NCBI GenBank assembly: GCA_037128175.1 | Contig: JBAXWY010000003.1 | Location: 64,001 to 128,000 of the forward strand | Direction: 5' to 3' | DNA from: Methanothrix sp. | Lineage (GTDB): Archaea > Halobacteriota > Methanosarcinia > Methanotrichales > Methanotrichaceae | DNA: 64,000 bases | Shown: positions 19,844 to 29,719 of the stretch, one piece after another | How the letters are laid out: each line of letters starts with the position of its first letter | Numbering within the stretch: position 1 is the first letter of the stretch | Notes under the pieces: generated by a model | Database searches by the model: none | What the model was told of the DNA's origin: nothing | What the model saw: the letters and a program-made list of their open reading frames with translations, nothing else | Translations under genes and position numbers: made by a program

Positions 19844-21135
19844 TTAGACTCCAGTCTTGCTTCAGCGGCATGTATGTAACGAGCATCGGCGTCCATCTCT
19901 GCCGAGGAGAAATCTTCCGGCCAATCGCCAAAAGCACCGGCTTTATCCAGGTCGGCACTGGATATTTCTGTAACGCCGTCCTCAGGCCGCCTCTTGAACC
20001 AGTGAAGCTTGACTTTATCTGGGGAGAGCTTGCCTTCGGCAACAAGAGATTGAATGCCCAAGAGCAGCAGAGAGCTGTGCGTCTCAGCTACTACCTTTAC
20101 GCCTCGATTGGCGGCATCTGCAAGAATCTGAGCCATCGCAGTCTGGGCGAGCGGGTGGAGATGAATCTCAGGCTGTTCGATGTAGACCAGTTGGCCCGGC
20201 TCTGCAGTCAAGAGGGCAACGATAACGGGAAGGATTTGAGAAATGCCAAATCCCACATCGGCAATGCTCACGAAGTCTTTGGAGCTGCCATTTGTTCCGT
20301 GAATGAGACGGCCAACCATTACCTCAAAACTGACATCATCAACTTTTTTTGAACTAACCTTCCAGGTCAAGCCCAATTGCTCCAGAGCAGTTCCCAGATC
20401 ATTCAGGCGGGTGTCCTCAGTTGCTTGCCAGTGGTGGATTATGCTGGCTGCATAGATCTCAAAGGTTCCGGGAAACATGGGACCCACGGAGGTCTTTTTA
20501 TAATTTCTTTCGGGATTGCCTCGCAATGCCGGCACATGGATGAGGCTCAAGATGGCGTTTGAAAAAGTTCTACTCCAATCGGTTTCGCGACTAAATGGCC
20601 TTTTAGATTTATTAATTATTTTTAGCTCAAAGAAGCATCTATTTCGTTCTATACTAGTAGTATTATATTTATAAGTTTTTAAACCATTTAAACCAATATT
20701 ACCCCATGGAGGAGAAACTGCCTTAATATCTTCTTGGGTCATATCAGGCCGGAGGATTATGATACCGTCTTCATTTTTGTAGGAAATCTCATCGATCTCC
20801 ATTCCCGATTGTGGCTTGCTGATGAAGGCCTCATTGAATGATGACGAGCTTTTCACTTCCAACCCCATGCTGAACTTGCCCATGACCTCGCCATCCAACT
20901 GGGAGAGGAACTGCTCTGCGGAGGTAAAACGGACATTGGGGCCATCAATTAAAAGTGGACCGGGATCATAAGGAGCCTCCAGTGTTTGCTTCATCATCAG
21001 GATGGGCTGCATTATGCTCGACTTGCCCGAGCTGTTGGCCCCGGCTAAGATCGTTAGGGGGCGAATTTCAATGGAGCACTCATCGGCTATCGACTTGAAG
21101 CCCTTTACAGTGATGCGCGTTATTCCTTCGGCCAT
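19840..21135 (-). CDS. ABC-family (AAA_21/AAA_15-like) ATPase with DUF3696-like tail
   Basis: KGFKS, Walker A GANSSGKS, DVGFGISQILP, Walker B variant IEQPEIHLHP, ETHS, C-terminal GDWPEDF. Confidence 0.88.
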   Translation of the reverse strand: MAEGITRITVKGFKSIADECSIEIRPLTILAGANSSGKSSIMQPILMMKQTLEAPYDPGPLLIDGPNVRFTSAEQFLSQLDGEVMGKFSMGLEVKSSSSFNEAFISKPQSGMEIDEISYKNEDGIIILRPDMTQEDIKAVSPPWGNIGLNGLKTYKYNTTSIERNRCFFELKIINKSKRPFSRETDWSRTFSNAILSLIHVPALRGNPERNYKKTSVGPMFPGTFEIYAASIIHHWQATEDTRLNDLGTALEQLGLTWKVSSKKVDDVSFEVMVGRLIHGTNGSSKDFVSIADVGFGISQILPVIVALLTAEPGQLVYIEQPEIHLHPLAQTAMAQILADAANRGVKVVAETHSSLLLLGIQSLVAEGKLSPDKVKLHWFKRRPEDGVTEISSADLDKAGAFGDWPEDFSSAEMDADARYIHAAEARLESN

Positions 21136-21182
21136 AACATCCTCCTAATAGTATCACCAAATGATAGATGTAAGCTTTTTCA

Positions 21183-22358
21183 TCAGAGCTCGCCCCGGAA
21201 GGCCCGCTCCAACACAGCCGGAAGGAGCGCGTTCAGCTCGGCGGCGGTCTCCGCCTGGTGGCGCTTGAGGGCGTCGAGCTTGGATTGCATCGCTTGAAGT
21301 TTTTTGAATATTTTTTGCTGATCGTTCAACGATGGCAATGGCACATCTATGCTCTTAATCCTGCCAACACTTAGGTTGAATAGCCCGCTTGTTGTCCTGC
21401 TGCGTTCACGCATTTGTTTTTGACCAGGTGGACTATTTAAGAATCCATTCAAGTAATCCGGCAAAATCAGATTCGAATTTGGACGAATGCGAATAACATG
21501 ATTTTGATGAACGCAGTCTTCTATTTCGCCGCTAAAAAGGGCAGTCCTTCCAATTTGATCCGCACTTCCATTTCCTTCGATAACGAGCACGTCTCCTGAA
21601 AGCAGTCTCAGTTTTTCAAGCTCTTCATCGGACACTTCAAAATAACGTGGGTCTGAAGTATCAATCCAATTTCGCTGAACGTGGGCGACTGTGATATACC
21701 TTCGGGGATTTGCCCCTGGTGTTCTTTTGCTTGATTTTTGAATTCCGCCCTTAACTTCGCAGCTTGATTCAATAGGTTTCGTATCGCAGTTACTATTATT
21801 AAAAAGAGATTCTGCATATCTATTCATCAATGCATCAGCTTCTTCCGCCGCCTGCCTGCGCAGCTCCCGCGCCTCCTCGATCCGGGCGGCCAACTCTTCG
21901 ATGCGGGCCACGATGCGGCGTTGCTTGTCAAGCGAAGGTATGGAAATTTCAGATTCAAGAAAACGATCCTCTTTCAAACGAACACGATTTGTCGTTCCTT
22001 CGCTAGATGCTTTGCAGATATCAATGAATCGGTTAGTTCTGCTCATCCACTCTAAAAATCTAGGATATATTCTTGTTAAATCTAGCTTGAACACAGGAAA
22101 ATCGGAGCTTACCACAGCCCCGTCGAGTGAATCTGGAACAAGGCCAAAAGCGCCATTACGAGCATCAATTCTAGACACTAAAAACTCTTGGCAACGCAAA
22201 ACATGTCGTTTCGATGCAGCAATCTCTGATCCAAAGACTTCATTACGAAGTATTACCCCTTTTCCCCAAAGCTTTACTGTCACCTGTCGATATCGGCATT
22301 CAGGTTTTACTTCAATTTGTTCTTCCGATTTCGCAAGAATATATTTGAGTTGTGTCAT
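21183..22358 (-). CDS. hsdS: Type I restriction-modification specificity subunit
   Basis: Two TRDs separated by conserved IPSLDKQRRIVARIEEL; ends PLPSLNDQQKI...PAVLERAFRGEL. Confidence 0.93.
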   Translation of the reverse strand: MTQLKYILAKSEEQIEVKPECRYRQVTVKLWGKGVILRNEVFGSEIAASKRHVLRCQEFLVSRIDARNGAFGLVPDSLDGAVVSSDFPVFKLDLTRIYPRFLEWMSRTNRFIDICKASSEGTTNRVRLKEDRFLESEISIPSLDKQRRIVARIEELAARIEEARELRRQAAEEADALMNRYAESLFNNSNCDTKPIESSCEVKGGIQKSSKRTPGANPRRYITVAHVQRNWIDTSDPRYFEVSDEELEKLRLLSGDVLVIEGNGSADQIGRTALFSGEIEDCVHQNHVIRIRPNSNLILPDYLNGFLNSPPGQKQMRERSRTTSGLFNLSVGRIKSIDVPLPSLNDQQKIFKKLQAMQSKLDALKRHQAETAAELNALLPAVLERAFRGEL

Positions 22359-22389
22359 TTGCCCTCAGCAAGCTATATTAAAAATTTTA

Positions 22390-24336
22390 TTAGATTATGC
22401 TGCATCCACTTATCTTGCTTTGAAAATCTGTTACCTCTTGCTGCGAAAGGACTTCTGAGATTTCCTTATCAGAGCATTCTGAAATTTCCTTTTGATATTT
22501 AATTTTCTTAATTAGATTAAATGTTCTTGCATTTGCCTGTCGCAAAATAATACTGTATGCCTTTGGAAAAACGTCTATATTATCACCAATATTAATGTAC
22601 TCGCATTCAATTTTTGCGCCAAGTACGTAACATAAAATTTTTGTGTTGGGCGACAATCTACCGGATTTATTAAGTGCTGTAGCATAATCCTCTGCTTGTC
22701 TCCTCTCTTTAATTTTAATTGAAGAACCGCCTTTCTTTAATTCAACAATTAGTATCTTCTTAAATCCGCAGACTTCTCCATTTTCATCAAAATCATCACT
22801 GCTATATACCCCTAATGAGGCATCAGGTAAGGCAATGAAATCCGGTCTCCTTTTTGAATGATCTATAATCCCATTTCCAAAGAATTTTTTTAAGACCGTG
22901 GAAAGCGTCAAATTTGATGTAAATTGTAGCCCTTCGAATTCTGGCCCAAATATCCAGAGTCCTTTTTCAAATAACGGCTGCAAATCATGTAATTCATCTG
23001 TATTCACATTTTCTATTAAAATTTCCATCTTTTCTATCAGTCTCAATCGCCACTGCAATTCTTCCAGAACTAATTTGGCCTCATTAATGCTCCATTTATC
23101 GAGAATATCAGATAGTGTGTTTAAATCATCGGGGGCCAATTGCACGAGTTGCTGAAGTAGCTTAAAACCCGTCCTTGTCAACTCAATATTAGTAAGAATT
23201 TCTACGGTATTAGATAGATGTTCTTGCGTCATCGTTGGACATTTTTGCTGAACTTCGTCTATAAAATTGCCTACTTGCTCCTTTGATAGATTACTCAACT
23301 GCTTCAGATTTTGTTTATGTTTGGCCAAGACTGTTTTTTTGGCTGCAATACGAACATCTTGCATTAAGTTTTGTATTGATTTCAGAATATACGAATTTAT
23401 CAGATTTACAGTATTCTTTGCTCTTTGCGTATCCTTAAAATCAGTCCAATCCGCCTTGACTTCATCTATTAGAAAATCAGCCATTACGATAAATGTGTAT
23501 CTCTTTGCCTCCGATGTTCTTGCATCAAGATAACTGCCATCCAATCCTTTCCATGAATGCTCCCCTACCAATCTGTTATTTACCCACCACGCAACACCAT
23601 GTTGTTTGCTAGTCCTTCCTGTAGACTTGCTATCAAGTCTCAAAATTCTAACGATTCCTTCTCCAGAAATATCATAAAATTCTTCATGAATATCATTAGA
23701 ATCGAAAAGCTCGATCTTATGCCCATTTAAGTTTATCGAAAAGGAAGGATCTGTAATAAATTTGGTGCCCAAAAGCTCTTTAACTTCATCAATTATAATA
23801 TAATTTTTATCTATTAAGCAATATATTTTCGTACCGTGCCCTTCCTTAGCAATTTGGCTAATGAATTTTATGCTAAAAGGAGCGTTACGTGATCCCTCAT
23901 CTTGATAATTTCTATTTACTGTGAATGTAGATGCTATTCCATTTTTCCATGTTTCAACGAAATACTCATCAGCAAAACAAAAAAGACTGTGTCTACCTTT
24001 TCCGTTTCTTCCATATGCAGCTCGTTTGGTTACCGTAGTGGAATCAGGAAATTTGACTTGTGGACCTTGTCTCAAAACACGATTATAACTTAATTCAAGC
24101 CAAATATTTTCAAATTCTTCTTTCGCCATTCCTGTTCCATCATCAACTATCTGAAATTGTCCTTTTACTTTTTCAGGCCATGTTATCTCAACATTTGATG
24201 CTCCTGCATCCCAGCAATTTGCGACGAGTTCTACAACAGCGATACGTGGCTCGGATATCATGCGACCAACATGGTCTTCTAGGAACCCTTCCCCAAAAAA
24301 GGGCCTTAAGCTTGATTGTGATGTTTCTGCAGGCAT
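22390..24336 (-). CDS. GHKL (MORC/HATPase_c_3) ATPase fused to a C-terminal PD-(D/E)xK, Shedu-like nuclease
   Basis: ELVANCWDA, DDGTGM, GRNGKG, GT; C-terminal ELHDLQPLFEKGLWIFG, RRPDF, IVELKK, RQAEDY; visibly AT-rich. Confidence 0.75.
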   Translation of the reverse strand: MPAETSQSSLRPFFGEGFLEDHVGRMISEPRIAVVELVANCWDAGASNVEITWPEKVKGQFQIVDDGTGMAKEEFENIWLELSYNRVLRQGPQVKFPDSTTVTKRAAYGRNGKGRHSLFCFADEYFVETWKNGIASTFTVNRNYQDEGSRNAPFSIKFISQIAKEGHGTKIYCLIDKNYIIIDEVKELLGTKFITDPSFSINLNGHKIELFDSNDIHEEFYDISGEGIVRILRLDSKSTGRTSKQHGVAWWVNNRLVGEHSWKGLDGSYLDARTSEAKRYTFIVMADFLIDEVKADWTDFKDTQRAKNTVNLINSYILKSIQNLMQDVRIAAKKTVLAKHKQNLKQLSNLSKEQVGNFIDEVQQKCPTMTQEHLSNTVEILTNIELTRTGFKLLQQLVQLAPDDLNTLSDILDKWSINEAKLVLEELQWRLRLIEKMEILIENVNTDELHDLQPLFEKGLWIFGPEFEGLQFTSNLTLSTVLKKFFGNGIIDHSKRRPDFIALPDASLGVYSSDDFDENGEVCGFKKILIVELKKGGSSIKIKERRQAEDYATALNKSGRLSPNTKILCYVLGAKIECEYINIGDNIDVFPKAYSIILRQANARTFNLIKKIKYQKEISECSDKEISEVLSQQEVTDFQSKISGCSII

Positions 24337-24345
24337 GTATTTCCT

Positions 24346-25911
24346 CTAACGATTTAGGCTTTGAAAATCTTTTTGCTTGACCAGGAATCGCTTAATTTCT
24401 GACATCAATTCCGCAATTCTTTTCTCTTTTTCCAGTATGCTATCCACCAGCTCCTCGGGCGGCAGTTGCTCCAGATCCTTCTTTCCGTTGGGGTTCTTGA
24501 TATCCAGATTGTAGTTATTCTGGGCAATCTGCTCCGCCGGCACCCTCCAGGCCCTTTCGCCCTCGCCCCGCTCCTTCCACCAGGCCAGGCAGTCGGCAAA
24601 CTCCTCGAACTGCAGAGGCTTGGTCTTGGTGTAGTTCTTGCGGCCCTCGGGCAACGGCAACTCGTAGTACCAGACCTCTTTGGTCGGCCCGGTGCGGTCG
24701 AAAAAGAGCAGATTAGTGGGAATTCCGGTATAGGGCGCGAAAACTCCATTGGGCAGCCTGATAATAGTATGCAGATTGAACTCCCTCAGCAGCTCCTCTT
24801 TGATCCGTGCCGCTACGCCATCCCCGAAGAGAGCCCCGTTGGGCACGACCACGCCCGCGCGTCCGGGCGCGGGAGCGCGTCGCAGCTTGCGCATGATGAG
24901 CTGCAAAAATAGCAAGGTAGTCTCCGAGGTCTGCTTGTCTTCGGGAAAATTGCCCAGAATGCCGCGCTCCTCCTCGCCGCCAAAGGGCGGATTGGTGAGG
25001 ATCACGTCCACACGATCTTTGTCGCCCACTTCTCGCAAGGGGAAGCGCAGGCTGTTCTCAGGATCGATTTGGGGAAACTCGAGACCATGCAATAGCAGGT
25101 TCATCTGGCAGAGCATGTAAGGCAGGGGCTTGGCCTCACCGCCATAGATGCTGTGCTTTTGCAGCACGATAGCGTCCTCCACCGTCTTGCATTGCTCATA
25201 CAGGTGCTTGTAAGTCTCCACCAAAAAGCCGCCCGTGCCGTTGGCCGGGTCCAGGAAGGTCTCGCCCAGCCTTGGATCTGTCACAGCCACCATGAAGCGA
25301 ATCACCGGGCGGGGCGTGTAGAACTCGCCTGAGTCGCCCGCAGCATCCCGCATCTCCTTGAGCATGGACTCGTAAAGGTGGCTCAAGGTGTGAATCTCCT
25401 CAGAGGAGCTGAAGTGGATGCTGTTGATCTTGTTGATCAGATCCCGCAAAAGATAGCCGCTGATCATGCGGTTGACCGTGCCCCGGAAGACGGTGGCGAT
25501 CACATCCCTCCGGTCGCCTCCGTTTTCGCCCTGCAAGGCCCGCAGGTAGGCAAAGAGGCCCGGCCCCTCGCCTCCGCCCGGCCGGGTGGCTCGGTCCTGA
25601 TTGATGAAGGCGATCAGCGAGTCTCCGGTGATGCCATCCTCGGGCGCGGCCCAATCCCGCCAGCGGTAGGGAGCAGCGATGGCCGGACGGAACTTCTCGC
25701 CCTTCAAAAACGCTTCAGACTCCCTGAGTTTCTCCATGTCGTCGATGAACTTGAGGAACATCACCCAGACCAGCATGGGCAAGCGGTCCAGATCGCCGGA
25801 GAGGCCCTTATCCTTTCGCATTATATCCCGGCAGGACTTGACGATGCTGCCTAATTGCTGCGCTGTGGTGAGTGCGACTTCAGAGGCATTAGTTTTACGA
25901 GTTCGGGCCAT
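24346..25911 (-). CDS. hsdM: Type I R-M N6-adenine methyltransferase
   Basis: GEFYTPR, DPANGTGGF (SAM binding), TNPPF catalytic motif, YNLDIKNP. Confidence 0.96.
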   Translation of the reverse strand: MARTRKTNASEVALTTAQQLGSIVKSCRDIMRKDKGLSGDLDRLPMLVWVMFLKFIDDMEKLRESEAFLKGEKFRPAIAAPYRWRDWAAPEDGITGDSLIAFINQDRATRPGGGEGPGLFAYLRALQGENGGDRRDVIATVFRGTVNRMISGYLLRDLINKINSIHFSSSEEIHTLSHLYESMLKEMRDAAGDSGEFYTPRPVIRFMVAVTDPRLGETFLDPANGTGGFLVETYKHLYEQCKTVEDAIVLQKHSIYGGEAKPLPYMLCQMNLLLHGLEFPQIDPENSLRFPLREVGDKDRVDVILTNPPFGGEEERGILGNFPEDKQTSETTLLFLQLIMRKLRRAPAPGRAGVVVPNGALFGDGVAARIKEELLREFNLHTIIRLPNGVFAPYTGIPTNLLFFDRTGPTKEVWYYELPLPEGRKNYTKTKPLQFEEFADCLAWWKERGEGERAWRVPAEQIAQNNYNLDIKNPNGKKDLEQLPPEELVDSILEKEKRIAELMSEIKRFLVKQKDFQSLNR

Positions 25912-25930
25912 GGAATTACTACTCCTATCA

Positions 25931-28267
25931 TCAAGCAGCGTACAAAAGCACTTGTAGCTGGTCCACTGCGTCTTTTAACCTTTCCTCTCCACCAAAGATG
26001 GTGATTATCTCCGTTACGTTCCCGTGTTCGGAAATAGGTGGCACCTTCAGCACCTGTGGCATCACGAACTGGGCCGTGCCGTGCTCTGAGTACTTCTCCA
26101 GCAGCTCCTCCAAAATGGCCCTGGCCTCCGGGCCGTATTGCCCAAAGAAGTCCGGCTTCTTTCGCCGAAGTTGCTCCGCTCGCTGCCTGCGCGTCTGCAG
26201 GGGCGCATTGAAGGCCAGGTGGCAGAGCAGGTCAAAGGAATCAGCCTCAGGCTGTCCGGCCTCACGGGCCAGGCTCTGGAAATCAATTCCTCTCTCCTCC
26301 AGGGCGGCCATGATCTCCGCCCTCTGCTCGAGATCTGCCCACTTGGCCCGCAGGACGGAGGCCGTGGGATAAAGCGTTCTCACCTTTTCGGCGGCATAGT
26401 CTGTGAACTTGATGACACGCAGTTGCTTTCCATCCGGGTCCAGCTCGGAGACGTAGTGCGTGGCGATCTCAAAGTGCCCGCCGTCCACGTAGAACTTGCG
26501 CGGTGCATTTTCACCCTCATTCGGCGTGTTCGCCTCTTCGTCCTCTCCGCCACTGCCGCCCGCTCTGCCTCCTCCTCCACCCTTTTTGCTCTCCCCATCA
26601 CCTGTGCCAATGGGGTCTCCGTCAAAATCCGGATCGGCGAAGAGCAGCGTGGCGCTGCCCGTGTAATCCAGAATGGAGAAGAAGAGCTTGCCGTAGTCGT
26701 CCCGCACTCGTGTGCCCCGGCCAATGATCTGCTTGAACTCGGTCATGGAGCCAATAACCCTGGCCAGAACGATATTCTTGCAGGTGGGCGCATCTACGCC
26801 CGTGGTGAGCAGCTTGGAGGTGGTCAGAATCACGGGCGTGATAGTCTCAAGCTCCTGAAACCGGCCCAAATGGCCCATTCCAATCTGTCCCTCATCCGAT
26901 GTCACCCGGCAGACATAATCTGAATTCTTGGCCACCAGATCGGAATTAAGGTTATTGAGCGCCCGGCGCATGTCGTCGGCGTGCTCCTGGTCCACGCAAA
27001 AGACGATGGTCTTGGCGAATCGATCCGTATTTCTCATGAACTCGGCCAGATGGCGAGCGATGGCCTCAGTGCGCGCCCGCAAAGCAATGACGCGCTCGAA
27101 ATCCTTGGTCTGGTACTCGCCATCCGGAATCTCATGGCCAAAGCGATCCTTCTCTCCCTGGCTGGGCCTCCAGCCAGCCGCATCCACATCCGTGACAATG
27201 CGATGCACCCGGTAAGGAGCCAGAAATCCGTCCTCAATTCCTTGCCGCAGACTGTAGGTGTAAATGGGATCGCCAAAGTAGGCGTAAGTGTCCCGGTTGT
27301 CATCGCGTAGCGGGGTGGCCGTCATTCCCAACTGGTAAGCGGGCTGGAAATACTCCAAAATTTCTCGCCAGTTGCTCTCGTCCCTGGCACTGCCCCGGTG
27401 GCACTCATCTACTATTATCAGATCAAAGAAATCCGGCTGGTATTCGCGGAAGAGGCTTGGTCGCCGCTCGTCCTTGGCCAGGGATTGGTAGATGGCAAAG
27501 TACATCTCGCGGCTCTTGATGGCATCTCCATTCTCGATCTTCCAGCGAGCGTCTCCAAAGGGCGTGAACGTCTTGTCCTTGGGGTCATCGATGAGGATAT
27601 TCCTGTCTGCCAGGTAGAGAATTCTGGGGCGTCGCTTCTCGCCCCGTGCATTCCAGCCGGACTCCCACAGCTTCCAGCAGATCTGGAAGGCCACGAAGGT
27701 CTTGCCGGTCCCCGTGGCCATGGTCAAAAGAACGCGATTCTTGCCCTGCAAGATGGCTTCAATGGACCGGTTGATGGCAATCTCCTGATAGTAGCGAGCC
27801 ACCTTTCCCGGCGAGTGGTAGTAGGGGGATAGAATTCGCTCTTTGGTCTGTGCGTCCTCAATTTTAGATGCCTGGCAATAGCGCGACCACAGCTCCTGCG
27901 GGGAAGGAAACGCCTCAAGGAAACATTCTTTTCCGGTTGTGAAGTCGAATTCGACTATACCTTCTCCGTTTGTGGCATAGGCGAATTTCAGGCCCAGAAA
28001 TTGTGCGTACTCTTTGGCCTGTTGCAGTCCATCGCCCGGGTTTTTATATTTTGGTTTGGCTTCGACAACAGCAATCTTGAAATCACGTGTATAGCGAAGC
28101 AGGTAATCGGCGCGCTTCCGGCTTTTTCGCTTGGCCTTATCGCCTACAACGAATATGCGGCCATCTGTAAAGTTCTGCTGCCCGGTGAAAGAATGGGGCT
28201 CATCGTCCCAGCCCGCTTGGACGAGTCTGGGCTCCACATATTTTCTGCAGGTATCTGCTTCGTTCAA
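25931..28267 (-). CDS. hsdR: Type I R-M restriction subunit (EcoEI/EcoAI-like)
   Basis: ADYLL...VVEAK nuclease motif, MATGTGKT, DECH, MTATP, QIIGRGTR, EcoEI-type C-terminus. Confidence 0.95.
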   Translation of the reverse strand: MNEADTCRKYVEPRLVQAGWDDEPHSFTGQQNFTDGRIFVVGDKAKRKSRKRADYLLRYTRDFKIAVVEAKPKYKNPGDGLQQAKEYAQFLGLKFAYATNGEGIVEFDFTTGKECFLEAFPSPQELWSRYCQASKIEDAQTKERILSPYYHSPGKVARYYQEIAINRSIEAILQGKNRVLLTMATGTGKTFVAFQICWKLWESGWNARGEKRRPRILYLADRNILIDDPKDKTFTPFGDARWKIENGDAIKSREMYFAIYQSLAKDERRPSLFREYQPDFFDLIIVDECHRGSARDESNWREILEYFQPAYQLGMTATPLRDDNRDTYAYFGDPIYTYSLRQGIEDGFLAPYRVHRIVTDVDAAGWRPSQGEKDRFGHEIPDGEYQTKDFERVIALRARTEAIARHLAEFMRNTDRFAKTIVFCVDQEHADDMRRALNNLNSDLVAKNSDYVCRVTSDEGQIGMGHLGRFQELETITPVILTTSKLLTTGVDAPTCKNIVLARVIGSMTEFKQIIGRGTRVRDDYGKLFFSILDYTGSATLLFADPDFDGDPIGTGDGESKKGGGGGRAGGSGGEDEEANTPNEGENAPRKFYVDGGHFEIATHYVSELDPDGKQLRVIKFTDYAAEKVRTLYPTASVLRAKWADLEQRAEIMAALEERGIDFQSLAREAGQPEADSFDLLCHLAFNAPLQTRRQRAEQLRRKKPDFFGQYGPEARAILEELLEKYSEHGTAQFVMPQVLKVPPISEHGNVTEIITIFGGEERLKDAVDQLQVLLYAA

Positions 28268-28464
28268 TAAGAAATCTTCTTTGATCCCTACGCCCCCAAC
28301 CAGTTACATGCTGATATGTGGAATCTGAATCAAAGTTCTATCATCAAGTATTTCTTACTTGCGTAATTATAGTACCGGTTAAAACTTTATGAAAAAATAT
28401 TCAAAAACAATTTGATTGGCCATCCAGAACAATATTAATGTAGGAGACACCAGGGTTTAGCCCG

Positions 28465-29649
28465 ATGACCGAGATCCGAGACCCCGTGCACGGCTATGTT
28501 TTGCTGGAGGGCCTGGCCCTGGAAATCGCGGACACACCCCAGATGCAGCGGCTGCGCTGGATCAAGCAGCTCGGCCTGGCCAGCCTGGTCTATCCCGGTG
28601 CCAATCACACTCGCTTCGAGCACAGCCTGGGAGCCTACCATCTGGCAGATCTGCTTGCGAACCATCTCGGTTTGCCAGAAGAGGATAAGATGCTGGTTTG
28701 CGCCGCAGCACTTTTGCACGACGTGGGCCACGGGCCACTCTCCCATGCCACCGAGTCGGCTCTTGCCCCATACCTGCGAAAAGATCACGAGAGCATCATT
28801 GATCTACTGAAGAAGGGCGAGCTTCGGGTAGTTTTAGACAACTACGGCCTGAAGGCCACCGATATTCAGGCCGCCATAAATGGAGTAGGTCTGGGGCAGA
28901 TCGTGAGCGGCGAGATCGATGTGGATAGGATGGACTACCTGATCCGGGATGCTCACTACACAGGCGTAGCCTACGGAGTGATCGATCGATTGCGTCTACT
29001 GCAAAAGATGACCCTTCACCAGGGACAGCTGGTGGTGGAGGCAGGAGGCGTGCAGGCGGCGACATCGCTTCTCATCTCCCGGCTGCTCATGCATCCATCC
29101 GTTTATTATCATCATGTCTGCCGCATCTCGGAGTGCATGATCTCCGCCGGGATCCGGCGCATGATTGAGGACGGAGCCAATGCTCCAACCGTAAAAGACA
29201 TGGACGACATCCAGCTCTTCAATTCCCTGGAAAGGTCGGGCGGCTATGCGGCGGAGATGGCTTCTCGCATCAAATCTCGGAGAATTTTTAAGCGCGCCGT
29301 TTACGTCGGGCTGGAGTGCCTGGACCCTTCCGTTCTCAAGGTAAGCGAAAAGATGCTGGCCCAGGAGATTGCCCATGAGGCGGGAGTAGAGGCAGATTAC
29401 ATTCTGGTGGACAATCCCACGCTTCCTGATACACCGGAGGGCAACTTTCCCGCTCTCGTCGAGGGTGAGGTCAGACCCCTGCGGGAGGTGTCTCCGCTAG
29501 TCAGCATCCTGGAAAGGGCGCACCGGGCTACCTGGCGCTTCGGGATCTACTGCCGGGAGGAAGATCGGGAGAATGTGGCCCAGGCGGCGCGAAGGTGTCT
29601 GAATCTCAAGAAAAATAGACTGATTTACAGATATATAAATACGTTTTAA
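28465..29649 (+). CDS. HD-domain phosphohydrolase (conserved archaeal SAMHD1-like protein)
   Basis: IRDPVHG, MQRLRWIKQLG, HTRFEHSLG, LLHDVGHGPLSH, DVDRMDYL. Confidence 0.92.
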   Translation: MTEIRDPVHGYVLLEGLALEIADTPQMQRLRWIKQLGLASLVYPGANHTRFEHSLGAYHLADLLANHLGLPEEDKMLVCAAALLHDVGHGPLSHATESALAPYLRKDHESIIDLLKKGELRVVLDNYGLKATDIQAAINGVGLGQIVSGEIDVDRMDYLIRDAHYTGVAYGVIDRLRLLQKMTLHQGQLVVEAGGVQAATSLLISRLLMHPSVYYHHVCRISECMISAGIRRMIEDGANAPTVKDMDDIQLFNSLERSGGYAAEMASRIKSRRIFKRAVYVGLECLDPSVLKVSEKMLAQEIAHEAGVEADYILVDNPTLPDTPEGNFPALVEGEVRPLREVSPLVSILERAHRATWRFGIYCREEDRENVAQAARRCLNLKKNRLIYRYINTF

Positions 29650-29719
29650 TATGGATATTTTCTTGCGACTTGTCCTATAACAGTTACCTTTAAGTCGCAA
29701 GAGAGCATAAAAGACAGGA

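Noticed and set aside
16530-28440. Integrative element or att sites around the defence island
   Set aside because: No integrase, transposase or tRNA; only a 9-bp TTGATCCCT match near both ends
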